The notes beneath the pieces were generated by a model. The model was not told where the DNA came from and did no database searches. It was given only the letters and a program-made list of their open reading frames with translations. Position numbers and translations under genes: made by a program. From Patescibacteria group bacterium (GTDB taxonomy: Bacteria > Pseudomonadota > Alphaproteobacteria > Micavibrionales > UBA2020), in assembly GCA_035626855.1 (NCBI GenBank), contig DASPMW010000106.1:1-63435 (forward strand): a DNA stretch of 63,435 bases, in the 5' to 3' direction. Positions 42,889 through 51,280 of this stretch are shown here, one piece after another; the first letter of the stretch is position 1; every line of letters starts with the position of its first letter.

Positions 42889-43161
42889 ATGGACGAAAAC
42901 ACCAAGAAGCTGACGATCGACCTGCTGCGCGCCTGGGCGGAAACCAAACAGGACGTCGGTGAGATGATTTTGGGTGGGCGCGGTTATACGGCAGCGGAAT
43001 ATGTCGACGCGGTCGAAAAAGGCACGCCACTCGGCCAGGCCTATCTCGCCTTTATGGACGCCGCGGCGAAACATGCCAAACGCCCGCTGGAGGAATTCCT
43101 GAAAGACAGCATTCGTCCGCAGCCGCGTCCGCAGGTAAATTTCAACAAGCTGTTCGGTTAG
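42889..43161 (+). CDS. Hypothetical protein (90 aa)
   Basis: GGGA RBS; convergent overlap with the glutaminase-like gene. Confidence 0.65.
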   Translation: MDENTKKLTIDLLRAWAETKQDVGEMILGGRGYTAAEYVDAVEKGTPLGQAYLAFMDAAAKHAKRPLEEFLKDSIRPQPRPQVNFNKLFG

Positions 43162-43823
43162 CGCGGCAAAGTTTGAGGTTTGGCGAAAAGCTGCGCACCC
43201 GCAAGGACGGGCCGTAGAGAGCTGCGATGGCGCAGCAGTTTGTATCCCGGATCTTCGGCAAAAGACTCCGCGATTTCGCTCGCGGCGCGGCTGTCGGTCT
43301 TCTGGTCGGTGCGGCCCCAGCCATTGTAATCCCCATGGTGGCCGCGCGGCGCGCTGCCTGCCTCGGCAAACATGAGTTGATCGTCCTTTGCCTCCATCGC
43401 CCTGCCCCACTCCTTCAGGCTCACGGGACCATCGAAAAGCGAGGGGTCGAGAACGAGGTCGGTCACCCGGCCATCCGGCATCCGCACAGGCAATGCTGGC
43501 GCGACATGCGCCCACCAGACCGCCTTGCGCCCGTCTTCAAGCCGGACTTTGAGGGAACCGCCTGACGGCTCAAAGGCCCAGGCCTTTTTCGGTGTCAGAC
43601 CCATGCCGAACATCCGGCGCAGTGACAAATGCGCGCGGGCGAAACAACCCTCGTGCGGCGCGTCGAAACCAAGGTCCTTCATGGCGGCGATGCGATCGAA
43701 AATCTCGATCGCCTGTTGCAGCGTGACCGGCTGCGGCGGAATTTGCGGGAAGACTGGCGCGCGTTGTCCCGTGCCGAAAACGCTATCGGCCGCGCGCGCG
43801 AATATGTCTCCAAGCTTGTCCAT
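43158..43823 (-). CDS. Protein-glutamine glutaminase (Gln_deamidase_2)-like cysteine hydrolase
   Basis: EGCFARAH (C60), WWAHVAP (H106), VLDPSLFDGPV (D126) mirror the protein-glutaminase triad motifs. Confidence 0.75.
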   Translation of the reverse strand: MDKLGDIFARAADSVFGTGQRAPVFPQIPPQPVTLQQAIEIFDRIAAMKDLGFDAPHEGCFARAHLSLRRMFGMGLTPKKAWAFEPSGGSLKVRLEDGRKAVWWAHVAPALPVRMPDGRVTDLVLDPSLFDGPVSLKEWGRAMEAKDDQLMFAEAGSAPRGHHGDYNGWGRTDQKTDSRAASEIAESFAEDPGYKLLRHRSSLRPVLAGAQLFAKPQTLPR

Positions 43824-43830
43824 GCGCGCT

Positions 43831-43862
43831 ATTATAGCAAAACGCGCTTAAAACAGCATTAA
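43831..43862 (-). promoter_or_regulatory. CtrA box plus TATAAT -10, probably leaderless, for the glutaminase-like gene
   Basis: TTAA-N7-TTAA at 43848-43862; TATAAT at 43836-43831; ATG 7 nt later; no RBS. Confidence 0.65.
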
Positions 43863-43881
43863 ACAGTAAGCGGCTGAAATA

Positions 43882-45507
43882 TCAGATTTTCTCGCGGCGG
43901 AGTTCCCAGGCGATTGTTGTCGGGCCGCCTTGCGTCATGCCTGCGATGACGATCTGCTGCGTGCGGCGCGGCGTTTCGCCCTCCCCCGCATAGACGCTTT
44001 CCTCGAGCGCGAGCGCGCCGCCCTGCGCGTGGAAACGCCATCCGGTTCCCGAGCGCGCGCGCAGGAGGATTTCCTGCCCGTCATTGATGAGCGATGCCTG
44101 GATATTCGGATGCAGATGGAAACGCGCGTGAAATTCAACGCCCGACTTCCCATTTAGCTGGTCTTCACCGAGCAGCATTTCGCCGTTGTCGTGAAGGCGT
44201 ACGACGCGCAGGTGGGTGAGCCCGTGGCGCGGCATGTAGCCGTTATGGCTCGCCTCGATCATCGCGATCTCGTCGTCTTCCTGCCGCTTGTGGCGGATAT
44301 CGGGACGGCTTTGCAGCAACCCGTCCTGCCCGATCGTGCAGGAGTTCCGGTGATCGACCGCAACCGTGGTATGCGCGGCTGTCGAGCGCAACATTTCCCG
44401 CCACTTGCCCGACACCTCCGACGTGCCACAGTTCACGAAGACGCGATCCTTGCCGTAGGAATATTCAAAGCTGAGCAGGCCGGCATGGGCGCGGTCGGCA
44501 TAGCGCGACATCAGCGGCTGGCCGACATCCATGATCACCGCTGCGCGGCCGAGCGTGATTTTTTCATAGCCGCAATGGGGCAGCGACTTCATCGCCTTGC
44601 CGCGCGCGCCCGAATGCATCAGCGTTGAATCGCAGATGCCGCTCTGGCCTTCCTGCGCGCCGTTGAAATGGCTGAGCGCGCCGTCGCCGTGGCGGAAGAA
44701 CTTGACGGCGGGCGCGATGCGGTCGATCGCATGCTGCACTTCGGCGGGGAGTTCAACCTTGGCGGCCGTGAGCGCTGTGCGCAGATCGACGAGGATCTGC
44801 AGGAATTCAAACGTTGATTGCGGGCTGCGGGAAATATGCCCACCATCGGCCAGCAGCTGTTCCTTGATCTGGAACAGGATGCCCTTGAACGCCTGCTCGA
44901 GGCGCTGCTCGCCATCCTCGAGGCAAAGACCGGAATAGGCCAGGCCCTTCAGGGCGCGCATGAGCGGAATGCCCGACAGCCCCGCGGGAAGGACTTTTTG
45001 CAGGTGCCGCGCCTGGCGCGCAAGGCTCGAGAAATATTCGTGGCGGAAGTCATCGGCGGCCGCGCCACAGAAAAAATCATGGAAGGAAATCCAGGTTGCA
45101 AGGCGCACGCCCATGATATCGGCGCGCCAGGCGATGGCGTCGGGTTTCTGATAGCGCGACAGCCAGTTGGCCACCATTTCGCGCGCCATGCGCCGCGCGC
45201 GGTCGCCGCCGGCGGAGCGCAGATCGCGCAGCCATTCGAAGCCGTGCAGTTCGGCCAGCCATTCGGGCTTGGCATTCGCAGGGCCCCAAGAGAGGTCGTT
45301 CTTTTCGATCGTCTGGCCGGCGAAGCGGAAGATGCCGTTGATGATATCGCGGCCCTTCTGCGCATCGCCGCCCCAAGGATCTGGCGGCACGCAGCGCAGG
45401 TGATCGGGAACGCGCTGGGGCAGCGAGAGCCCCGCCAGCGGATTGCCGATCGCCAGCCTTTGCAGCGGGCGAATCCCCTTGAAACTGAGTCCTTCAGTCA
45501 AAAACAT
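43882..45507 (-). CDS. Heparinase II/III-family protein
   Basis: LHGFEWLRDL, DGGHISRSP, RHGDGALSHFNG, HAGLLSFEYS, FVNCG, LRSTAAHTT; start placed at MFLTEG. Confidence 0.85.
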   Translation of the reverse strand: MFLTEGLSFKGIRPLQRLAIGNPLAGLSLPQRVPDHLRCVPPDPWGGDAQKGRDIINGIFRFAGQTIEKNDLSWGPANAKPEWLAELHGFEWLRDLRSAGGDRARRMAREMVANWLSRYQKPDAIAWRADIMGVRLATWISFHDFFCGAAADDFRHEYFSSLARQARHLQKVLPAGLSGIPLMRALKGLAYSGLCLEDGEQRLEQAFKGILFQIKEQLLADGGHISRSPQSTFEFLQILVDLRTALTAAKVELPAEVQHAIDRIAPAVKFFRHGDGALSHFNGAQEGQSGICDSTLMHSGARGKAMKSLPHCGYEKITLGRAAVIMDVGQPLMSRYADRAHAGLLSFEYSYGKDRVFVNCGTSEVSGKWREMLRSTAAHTTVAVDHRNSCTIGQDGLLQSRPDIRHKRQEDDEIAMIEASHNGYMPRHGLTHLRVVRLHDNGEMLLGEDQLNGKSGVEFHARFHLHPNIQASLINDGQEILLRARSGTGWRFHAQGGALALEESVYAGEGETPRRTQQIVIAGMTQGGPTTIAWELRREKI

Positions 45508-45572
45508 CGTATAACCCCTTTCGCGCCGGGACCCCTCCCGGACACAAAACCCCTGTATCGCCGTTCTTTTTT

Positions 45573-46223
45573 TTAACCGCGAAGGCGCCGGATGGCGTCT
45601 GCGTAGTCTTTTTCCTTGAACACCGCGGTGCCCGCGACCAGCACATCGGCGCCTGCGCCAATGACCTGTTTCGCGGTTTCCGGGTTTATCCCGCCATCGA
45701 CTTCTAGATCGATCTGCTTGCCGCATGCGTTGATGCGTTCGCGGACCGCTTTGATCTTGTCGAGCAGCGGAATGAATTTCTGTCCCCCGAAGCCGGGATT
45801 GACCGTCATGATCAGCACGAGGTCAAGATCGGGCAGCAGGTGGTCGAGTACGCTGACCGGCGTCGACGGGTTGAGCGAAATGCCCGCCTTCTTGCCGAAT
45901 GACTTGATCAGCTGGACCGTTCGGTGCGGATGCGCGCCCGCTTCGGGATGAAAGGTGATGATGTCGGCGCCTGCTTTCGCAAAGCCTTCGATGAACTGGT
46001 CGACGGGCGAGATCATGAGGTGGACGTCGAAGACTTTGGCCGAAGTTTTCCGTAAGGATTCAAGCACGACGGGGCCGAAGGTGATGTTCGGCACGAAATG
46101 GCCGTCCATGACATCAAGATGTATATAGTCAGCGCCCGCGGCATCAACGGCTTTGATTTCCTCGCCTAATCTCGAGAAATCTGCGGATAGAACTGAAGGT
46201 GCGATGCGAACCCGTTGACTCAT
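45573..46223 (-). CDS. rpe: Ribulose-phosphate 3-epimerase
   Basis: [41 protein letters not shown]. Confidence 0.97.
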   Translation of the reverse strand: MSQRVRIAPSVLSADFSRLGEEIKAVDAAGADYIHLDVMDGHFVPNITFGPVVLESLRKTSAKVFDVHLMISPVDQFIEGFAKAGADIITFHPEAGAHPHRTVQLIKSFGKKAGISLNPSTPVSVLDHLLPDLDLVLIMTVNPGFGGQKFIPLLDKIKAVRERINACGKQIDLEVDGGINPETAKQVIGAGADVLVAGTAVFKEKDYADAIRRLRG

Positions 46224-46291
46224 ATGCTTTTTATAACACCTGCCTACGAATCGGGCAATTTAAAAGTTTGATTCCGGTAAAATTAGACGAT

Positions 46292-46963
46292 ATGGAATCT
46301 CGTATGCAGCGCATCCCCGAACCTGAATTGATGGAAGACATGGCGCAGGCCGAGGCCTATGACCGCGCCGATTTTTCTGCGGCGCATGGCGCGCGCGTGG
46401 AATTGTTTGCGGCAAGATATGCGCGCGAGGTGACAGGCAGCGTGCTTGATCTAGGCTGCGGCTCCGGCGATATACTTGAGCGCTTTGCAAAGAAATACCC
46501 GCGCGCGCAATTCGTCGGCGTCGATGGATCGTTTGCGATGCTGGAATTGTCACGCCGGCGCATGATGCGCGCAAATATTGCGGAGCGCATGGATTTCGTG
46601 GAAGCGCTTATTCCCGCCGGCGACATACCGCTCGAGGATTATGAAGTCGTGATGAGCCACAGCCTGCTGCACCAGCTTCATCAACCGGAGGTGTTGTGGC
46701 GAACGATTTCGCAGGTTGCGCCGAGACACAGTTTCATCTTCGTCGCTGATTTGCGCAGGCCTCAAAGCACGGCGGAGGCCGAGGCGATCGTCGACCGCCT
46801 TTCGCCGAATGAACCGGAAGTGCTGCGAAGGGATTTCTACAATTCCCTGTGCGCCGCGTTCACCAAAGAAGAACTCCAGCAGCAGCTAAATGATGCGGGC
46901 CTGCTGCTGCGCGTCGAGGAGGTGGGCGAGATACATGTCCTGGCGTTTGGCGAGCGGTGTTAA
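46292..46963 (+). CDS. Class I SAM-dependent methyltransferase
   Basis: RIPEPELM, VLDLGCGSGD, VGVDGS, SHSLLHQL. Start is 46292 or 46304. Confidence 0.85.
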   Translation: MESRMQRIPEPELMEDMAQAEAYDRADFSAAHGARVELFAARYAREVTGSVLDLGCGSGDILERFAKKYPRAQFVGVDGSFAMLELSRRRMMRANIAERMDFVEALIPAGDIPLEDYEVVMSHSLLHQLHQPEVLWRTISQVAPRHSFIFVADLRRPQSTAEAEAIVDRLSPNEPEVLRRDFYNSLCAAFTKEELQQQLNDAGLLLRVEEVGEIHVLAFGERC

Positions 46964-47027
46964 ACGCGCAATAAATAACGGGGCAAGCCGTTCAGCCGCG
47001 GCCTTGCCCCGTTACTGCGAGACAACC

Positions 47028-47252
47028 TTAGTGGATCGTGTCGATAGACGCGTCCGTCAGGCCGCTTTTCTTGAGATCTTCGGTCCGGATCTGCGCGGCA
47101 CGGAGTTCGTCCTGCTGGCGGATCTGTTCCGCGCGGAGCTGGTCCTGCTGCTGCAATTCTTTCTTGATCTGGTCCTGGCGCATCTGGTCCTTCATGATCA
47201 TCTCCTGGCGAAGCTGCTCTTGATGGACCTGGTCTTGCATATTGTCGCTCAT
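47028..47252 (-). CDS. Small Gln-rich coiled-coil protein (74 aa)
   Basis: GGAGG RBS; QEQLRQEMIMKDQMRQDQIKKELQQQDQLRAEQIRQQDELRAAQ. Confidence 0.7.
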   Translation of the reverse strand: MSDNMQDQVHQEQLRQEMIMKDQMRQDQIKKELQQQDQLRAEQIRQQDELRAAQIRTEDLKKSGLTDASIDTIH

Positions 47253-47311
47253 AATGTGCCTCCGTTTTTTATCCGGTCGGGAAACATACAAGCGCGCAAC
47301 AGGACGGTTCC

Positions 47312-47326
47312 TTAATTTTTTATTAA
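47312..47326. promoter_or_regulatory. CtrA-like box TTAA-N7-TTAA
   Basis: ttaa tttttta ttaa in an AT-rich gap upstream of the Gln-rich ORF; overlaps the upstream stop codon. Confidence 0.4.
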
Positions 47327-47481
47327 TCCGCTTGCTCGCCTGCCGGAGATTTCACGCTGGCTTTCTCGAGTTCGCGCACGCGCAATTCGGCAGCGGCGCG
47401 TTCACCGTGGCTTTTCAGGCTCTTCACGAGGGGATCCTGCGAAATTTCGTCGCGTTTGGTTTCGGTTTTCTGGTCCGTCAT
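47323..47481 (-). CDS. Small hypothetical protein (52 aa)
   Basis: GGGAGAGAGG RBS; GGAAC-N16-CGTA (EcfG-like, one mismatch) at 47541-47517. Confidence 0.55.
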   Translation of the reverse strand: MTDQKTETKRDEISQDPLVKSLKSHGERAAAELRVRELEKASVKSPAGEQAD

Positions 47482-47544
47482 GGCCTCTCTCCCTTTTGCT
47501 AGGTGTACCGGCAACCTACGCGAAAGGAAGGAAATCGTTCCAAA

Positions 47545-48870
47545 TCAAGCATTACGCCGGAAACGCGCAATGTAAAAGCCGTCGCTGCCCCCGTAACCTG
47601 CGAAATGTTGCGGCAGGCAGCGCACGTCACCGCGTGCGCAGAGCATTTCCTCCATCCCCCCGATCTCGCCCGCAGTAATGGAAGCGAGCTGGACTGGCAA
47701 GGCTTGCTGGAGAAGCCAGGTGGTCTGGCTCTCTCCTTCAGCCTTTTGCAGCGAGCAGGTGCAATAAACAAGGGTACCGCCCGGTTTAAGCATATCGAGC
47801 GCATTCACAAGCAGTCGCCGTTGCAGGGCTGCAAGCTTTTCCTGGTCGCGAATATCTTTCAGCCGCAGCACGTCGGGCTGGTGTCGGATCGTACCCGTCG
47901 CCGAGCAAGGCGCGTCGAGCAGCACGGCGTCCGCTCTTTCCTTCGGCTGCCAGGTTGCGCCGTCCGCGATGACGGTTTCCACGGTGAAGCCGAGCCGCGC
48001 CATGTTTTCGTCAAGGCGCTTCACGCGCATGGCGGAGCGGTCGAGCGCGGTGACCGTCGCGCCCATGGCCGCAAGCTGCGCGGTTTTGCCACCCGGCGCT
48101 GCGCAGAGGTCGATGACCGTTTTGCCTTGCAGGTCGCCGAATAGTTTCGCCGGCAGCGCTGCCGCCGCGCCCTGTATCCACCACTCTCCTTCGGCAAAGC
48201 CGGGGAGATCGGGAATGAAGCCGCCGCCGCTGAGCCGGATGCTGCCGCTTGGCATCAGCGTCCCGTTCAGTTTTTCGGCCCAGCCCTCGGGGTCGCGCTT
48301 GACGGTTACGTCGACAGCACCTTCTTCCAGGTTCGCCGCCGCAATGTCCAGCGCCAGTTCGACGCCGTAATCATTCACCCATTCATGCCAAAGCCATTCC
48401 GGCGTCGCGACACGTCCGGCTTCGCGCGGCGGCAGCGGTTCAAGTCCTTCGCGGGTCAGCCGGCGCATGACGGCGTTGACCAGCGGTTTATGATGAACGA
48501 TGCCCTCCGCCTCCGCGAGCTCGACGGTTGTATTCACCGCCGCATGCGCCGGCGTTTTCAGGAAGACGAATTGCGCGATGCCGAGGCGGAAAATATTAAC
48601 AAGCTGCGGCGGCTTGAGAGTGCTGATCGGTTCGTGAAGCAATGCGGCAAGGGCCCGGTCCATTTCGGGGGCCCGCTTGAGAATAAGTGACACGAGCAGG
48701 CGGGTGAAGGCGCGGTCCCGCGGCGGCAGCGCGTCGAGACCAGTACAGGCGGTGAAGGCATCGTCCATGTTCCTTTTCTGGAACAGGATCTGGTTGACGA
48801 TGTCATAGGCAGCGCGCCTTGCGGGCAGCCCGTTTTCCTCGCCCGTGTTTTGGGGAGCTGTAAAACTCAT
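47545..48870 (-). CDS. rsmB: 16S rRNA m5C967 methyltransferase RsmB/Sun (NusB-like N-terminus)
   Basis: HAAVNTTVELA, DLCAAPGGKT, LDAPCSATG, YCTCSL. Confidence 0.88.
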   Translation of the reverse strand: MSFTAPQNTGEENGLPARRAAYDIVNQILFQKRNMDDAFTACTGLDALPPRDRAFTRLLVSLILKRAPEMDRALAALLHEPISTLKPPQLVNIFRLGIAQFVFLKTPAHAAVNTTVELAEAEGIVHHKPLVNAVMRRLTREGLEPLPPREAGRVATPEWLWHEWVNDYGVELALDIAAANLEEGAVDVTVKRDPEGWAEKLNGTLMPSGSIRLSGGGFIPDLPGFAEGEWWIQGAAAALPAKLFGDLQGKTVIDLCAAPGGKTAQLAAMGATVTALDRSAMRVKRLDENMARLGFTVETVIADGATWQPKERADAVLLDAPCSATGTIRHQPDVLRLKDIRDQEKLAALQRRLLVNALDMLKPGGTLVYCTCSLQKAEGESQTTWLLQQALPVQLASITAGEIGGMEEMLCARGDVRCLPQHFAGYGGSDGFYIARFRRNA

Positions 48871-49523
48871 GGGGATGTGTACTCGCAGATCGGGTCGGCC
48901 CGGAATTGACGGTTCGGCGCGTCCGGCGGCTCCACAGAGGTCAACGCATAGACGGTCACTTTGCCCGGCGCGCGCCGGATTGGATAGCTCCCTGCGAGGT
49001 AAAGAACCATGTCCGATGCCTGAAGCGCGTTGAAAACTTGCGACAGGCTGCTGCCATCGACGCGCATAAAGATAAGCGGATCGTAAACGATGCGGTTGTT
49101 GCCGAGGTTGCGGCGGAGGAAGACCCGCTTCGGCTTGAACTCGTCGTTTATGTTTACAGCACTTTCGCTGATCACGTAGTTCTGGTCGTATTGCAGCCCT
49201 TCGCGCAGAAAGGCATCGTAGCTGTGCGGGTCCCGCTCGCGGAAGATCGCCCAGGTGAGAGGGCGCTGCCAGGTTACCGGATATAAATGATCACGCGTGG
49301 CATTCAGCAAAAATCCGGGATGGCCCCGCCGGAGTCGCAGCGGCTGGGCGGCTTCTGCGGGCGGGTCGTAAGTCAGGTAGCGCGGGCGTTCGCGCAGCAG
49401 ATTGTGGACGGGCAGGCAGATTTCCTTGCGGGCGTTCAGGGTCATGACAACCTTCTCTGCGGCGTGGGTGGCGGCAGCAGGGAAAAGCAGGCAGACGACG
49501 AGAAACAGGTACCGAAGGCGCAC
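48867..49523 (-). CDS. Secreted hypothetical protein (218 aa)
   Basis: Signal peptide (THA|AE); operonic overlap with rsmB. Confidence 0.65.
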   Translation of the reverse strand: MRLRYLFLVVCLLFPAAATHAAEKVVMTLNARKEICLPVHNLLRERPRYLTYDPPAEAAQPLRLRRGHPGFLLNATRDHLYPVTWQRPLTWAIFRERDPHSYDAFLREGLQYDQNYVISESAVNINDEFKPKRVFLRRNLGNNRIVYDPLIFMRVDGSSLSQVFNALQASDMVLYLAGSYPIRRAPGKVTVYALTSVEPPDAPNRQFRADPICEYTSP

Positions 49524-49524
49524 G

Positions 49525-49866
49525 TTATTTTTTCTTCGCCTTCTTTGCGGGCCGGGCCGCGGCTTCGCCCTTCAGCATGTCTTCCGTCGCGCACGACTGA
49601 TAGATGATCAGCGTGTAGAGCGTGCGCATGAACTCCGGGTCAATTCCATATTTCTGCCCGTTGGTCGCTGCGCGTTCGCGCACTTGCGTGACGCGATCGC
49701 CGAGGAAGGCAGGAATATCATGCTTAATCTTGACCTTGGCGACCTTCCTCACTATGTCAAACCGCTCGCCGAGCAGTTTCAACAGCGCGTCGTCAATCCG
49801 GTCGATCTCCTTGCGATAGGGGGCGAGCGCTTTTTTTATGAAGTCGGGATTGCTTTTTTTCATCAT
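49525..49866 (-). CDS. Chorismate mutase (AroQ type)
   Basis: LAPYRKEIDRIDDALLKLLGERFDIVRKVAKVK. Confidence 0.85.
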   Translation of the reverse strand: MMKKSNPDFIKKALAPYRKEIDRIDDALLKLLGERFDIVRKVAKVKIKHDIPAFLGDRVTQVRERAATNGQKYGIDPEFMRTLYTLIIYQSCATEDMLKGEAAARPAKKAKKK

Positions 49867-49936
49867 TAATCTCTGTTAAACATGCTTGTTATAAATATAG
49901 TCTAGCATCATCCCCATTGATAACAAAGGGCGGCCC

Positions 49937-51280
49937 ATGCAGCAGCTTTTCGGTATGTTCCTGGCGTTTTTCCTGCTGGCCGCGTCTCCCGCGGAGGCGA
50001 AGACGTTTAATGCCGAAACCTTCACGCTGGAAAACGGGCTGCAGGTTGTCGTCATCGAGAACCACCGCGCGCCTGTCGTGACGCATATGGTCTGGTACAA
50101 GTTCGGCGCAGCGGATGAAAAGCCCGGCGAGAGCGGCGTCGCGCATTTTCTCGAGCACCTGATGTTCAAGGGCACGCCGAAGGTGCCAGACGGCGAATTC
50201 TCGCTTGCCGTCAAGAAAATGGGCGGAGCGGATAACGCTTTTACCTCTCATGATTACACCGCCTACTACCAGAATGTGCCGCGCGCGAGCCTCGCGAAGG
50301 TGATGGAGATGGAGGCGGATCGCATGGGAAACCTGGTGCTGAAGGAAGACCAGATCGCATCGGAGCGCGAAGTCATCGTCGAAGAGCGCCGCCAGCGCAT
50401 CGACAATCAGCCGCAGGACAAATTCCAGGAGCAGCTGATGAGCGCGCTGTTCGTCAACCATCCCTACGCCACGCCCATTATTGGCTGGCTGCACGAGATG
50501 AAAGAGCTGACGCGCGACGAGGTCCTGTCCTATTATAACACCTGGTACGCGCCCAACAACGCGATCGTCATCGTCTCCGGTGACGTGACCGCGGCGGAAC
50601 TGAAGCCGCTTGTTGAAAAATACTACGCGCCGCTGGCGATCAAGGAAGTGCCGCGCCGCTATCGCCCCCGCCCCGCGCCGATCGTCGCGGAACACCAGAT
50701 CATCATGCAGGACCCGCGCATCGGCCAGCCGGTCGCGATGAAGAACTATCGCGTGCCGCACGGCAGCGACACGATGGAAGTGCTGGCTCAGATCCTGGGC
50801 GGCACCTCGACGGCGCGCCTGTATAAATCACTTGTCGTCGACCAGAAGATTGCGGTGAACGCCGGCGCAGATTATGACGCCATTGCGATGGACGACACGA
50901 CGTTTTCGGTTTTCGCGTCGCCCGCGCCCGGCAGCAGCATCCAGCAGGTCCAAGCCGCGATCGACAAGGAGATCCGCCTGCTGATCGACAAGGGCGTGAC
51001 GCTGGAGGAGCTCAATGCCGCGAAGAACAGGCTGGAGGCGAGCTTCACCTATTATCGCGACAGCCTGCAGGGCCCCGCGACCCTGTTCGGCCGCGTCCTC
51101 TCGAGCGGGATGGACATGGATTACGTCGAGAACCGCATCGACCGTATCGAGAAGCTGTCGATCGACGATATAAATGACGCGATCGACGCTGTGTTCCAGT
51201 CGAACGACCTGCCGGTGACCGGCGTGATGCTGCCGCAGATCAGCCCGCCCCCGCGCGGCGGCAAAGGAGTTAAGAAATAA
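49937..51280 (+). CDS. M16 (pitrilysin) zinc peptidase, catalytic subunit
   Basis: Signal peptide; AHFLEHLMFKGT, NAFTSHDYT. Confidence 0.93.
   Translation: MQQLFGMFLAFFLLAASPAEAKTFNAETFTLENGLQVVVIENHRAPVVTHMVWYKFGAADEKPGESGVAHFLEHLMFKGTPKVPDGEFSLAVKKMGGADNAFTSHDYTAYYQNVPRASLAKVMEMEADRMGNLVLKEDQIASEREVIVEERRQRIDNQPQDKFQEQLMSALFVNHPYATPIIGWLHEMKELTRDEVLSYYNTWYAPNNAIVIVSGDVTAAELKPLVEKYYAPLAIKEVPRRYRPRPAPIVAEHQIIMQDPRIGQPVAMKNYRVPHGSDTMEVLAQILGGTSTARLYKSLVVDQKIAVNAGADYDAIAMDDTTFSVFASPAPGSSIQQVQAAIDKEIRLLIDKGVTLEELNAAKNRLEASFTYYRDSLQGPATLFGRVLSSGMDMDYVENRIDRIEKLSIDDINDAIDAVFQSNDLPVTGVMLPQISPPPRGGKGVKK

Noticed and set aside
37521-48870. Two RsmB/NOP methyltransferases in one window
   Set aside because: Two paralogs are common in alphaproteobacteria, and both keep their catalytic Cys motifs.
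49866-49879. TTAA-N6-TTAA upstream of chorismate mutase, and TTAA-N8-TTAA at 3429-3444
   Set aside because: The spacing is not the CtrA N7, and both lie in AT-rich gaps or overlap start or stop codons.
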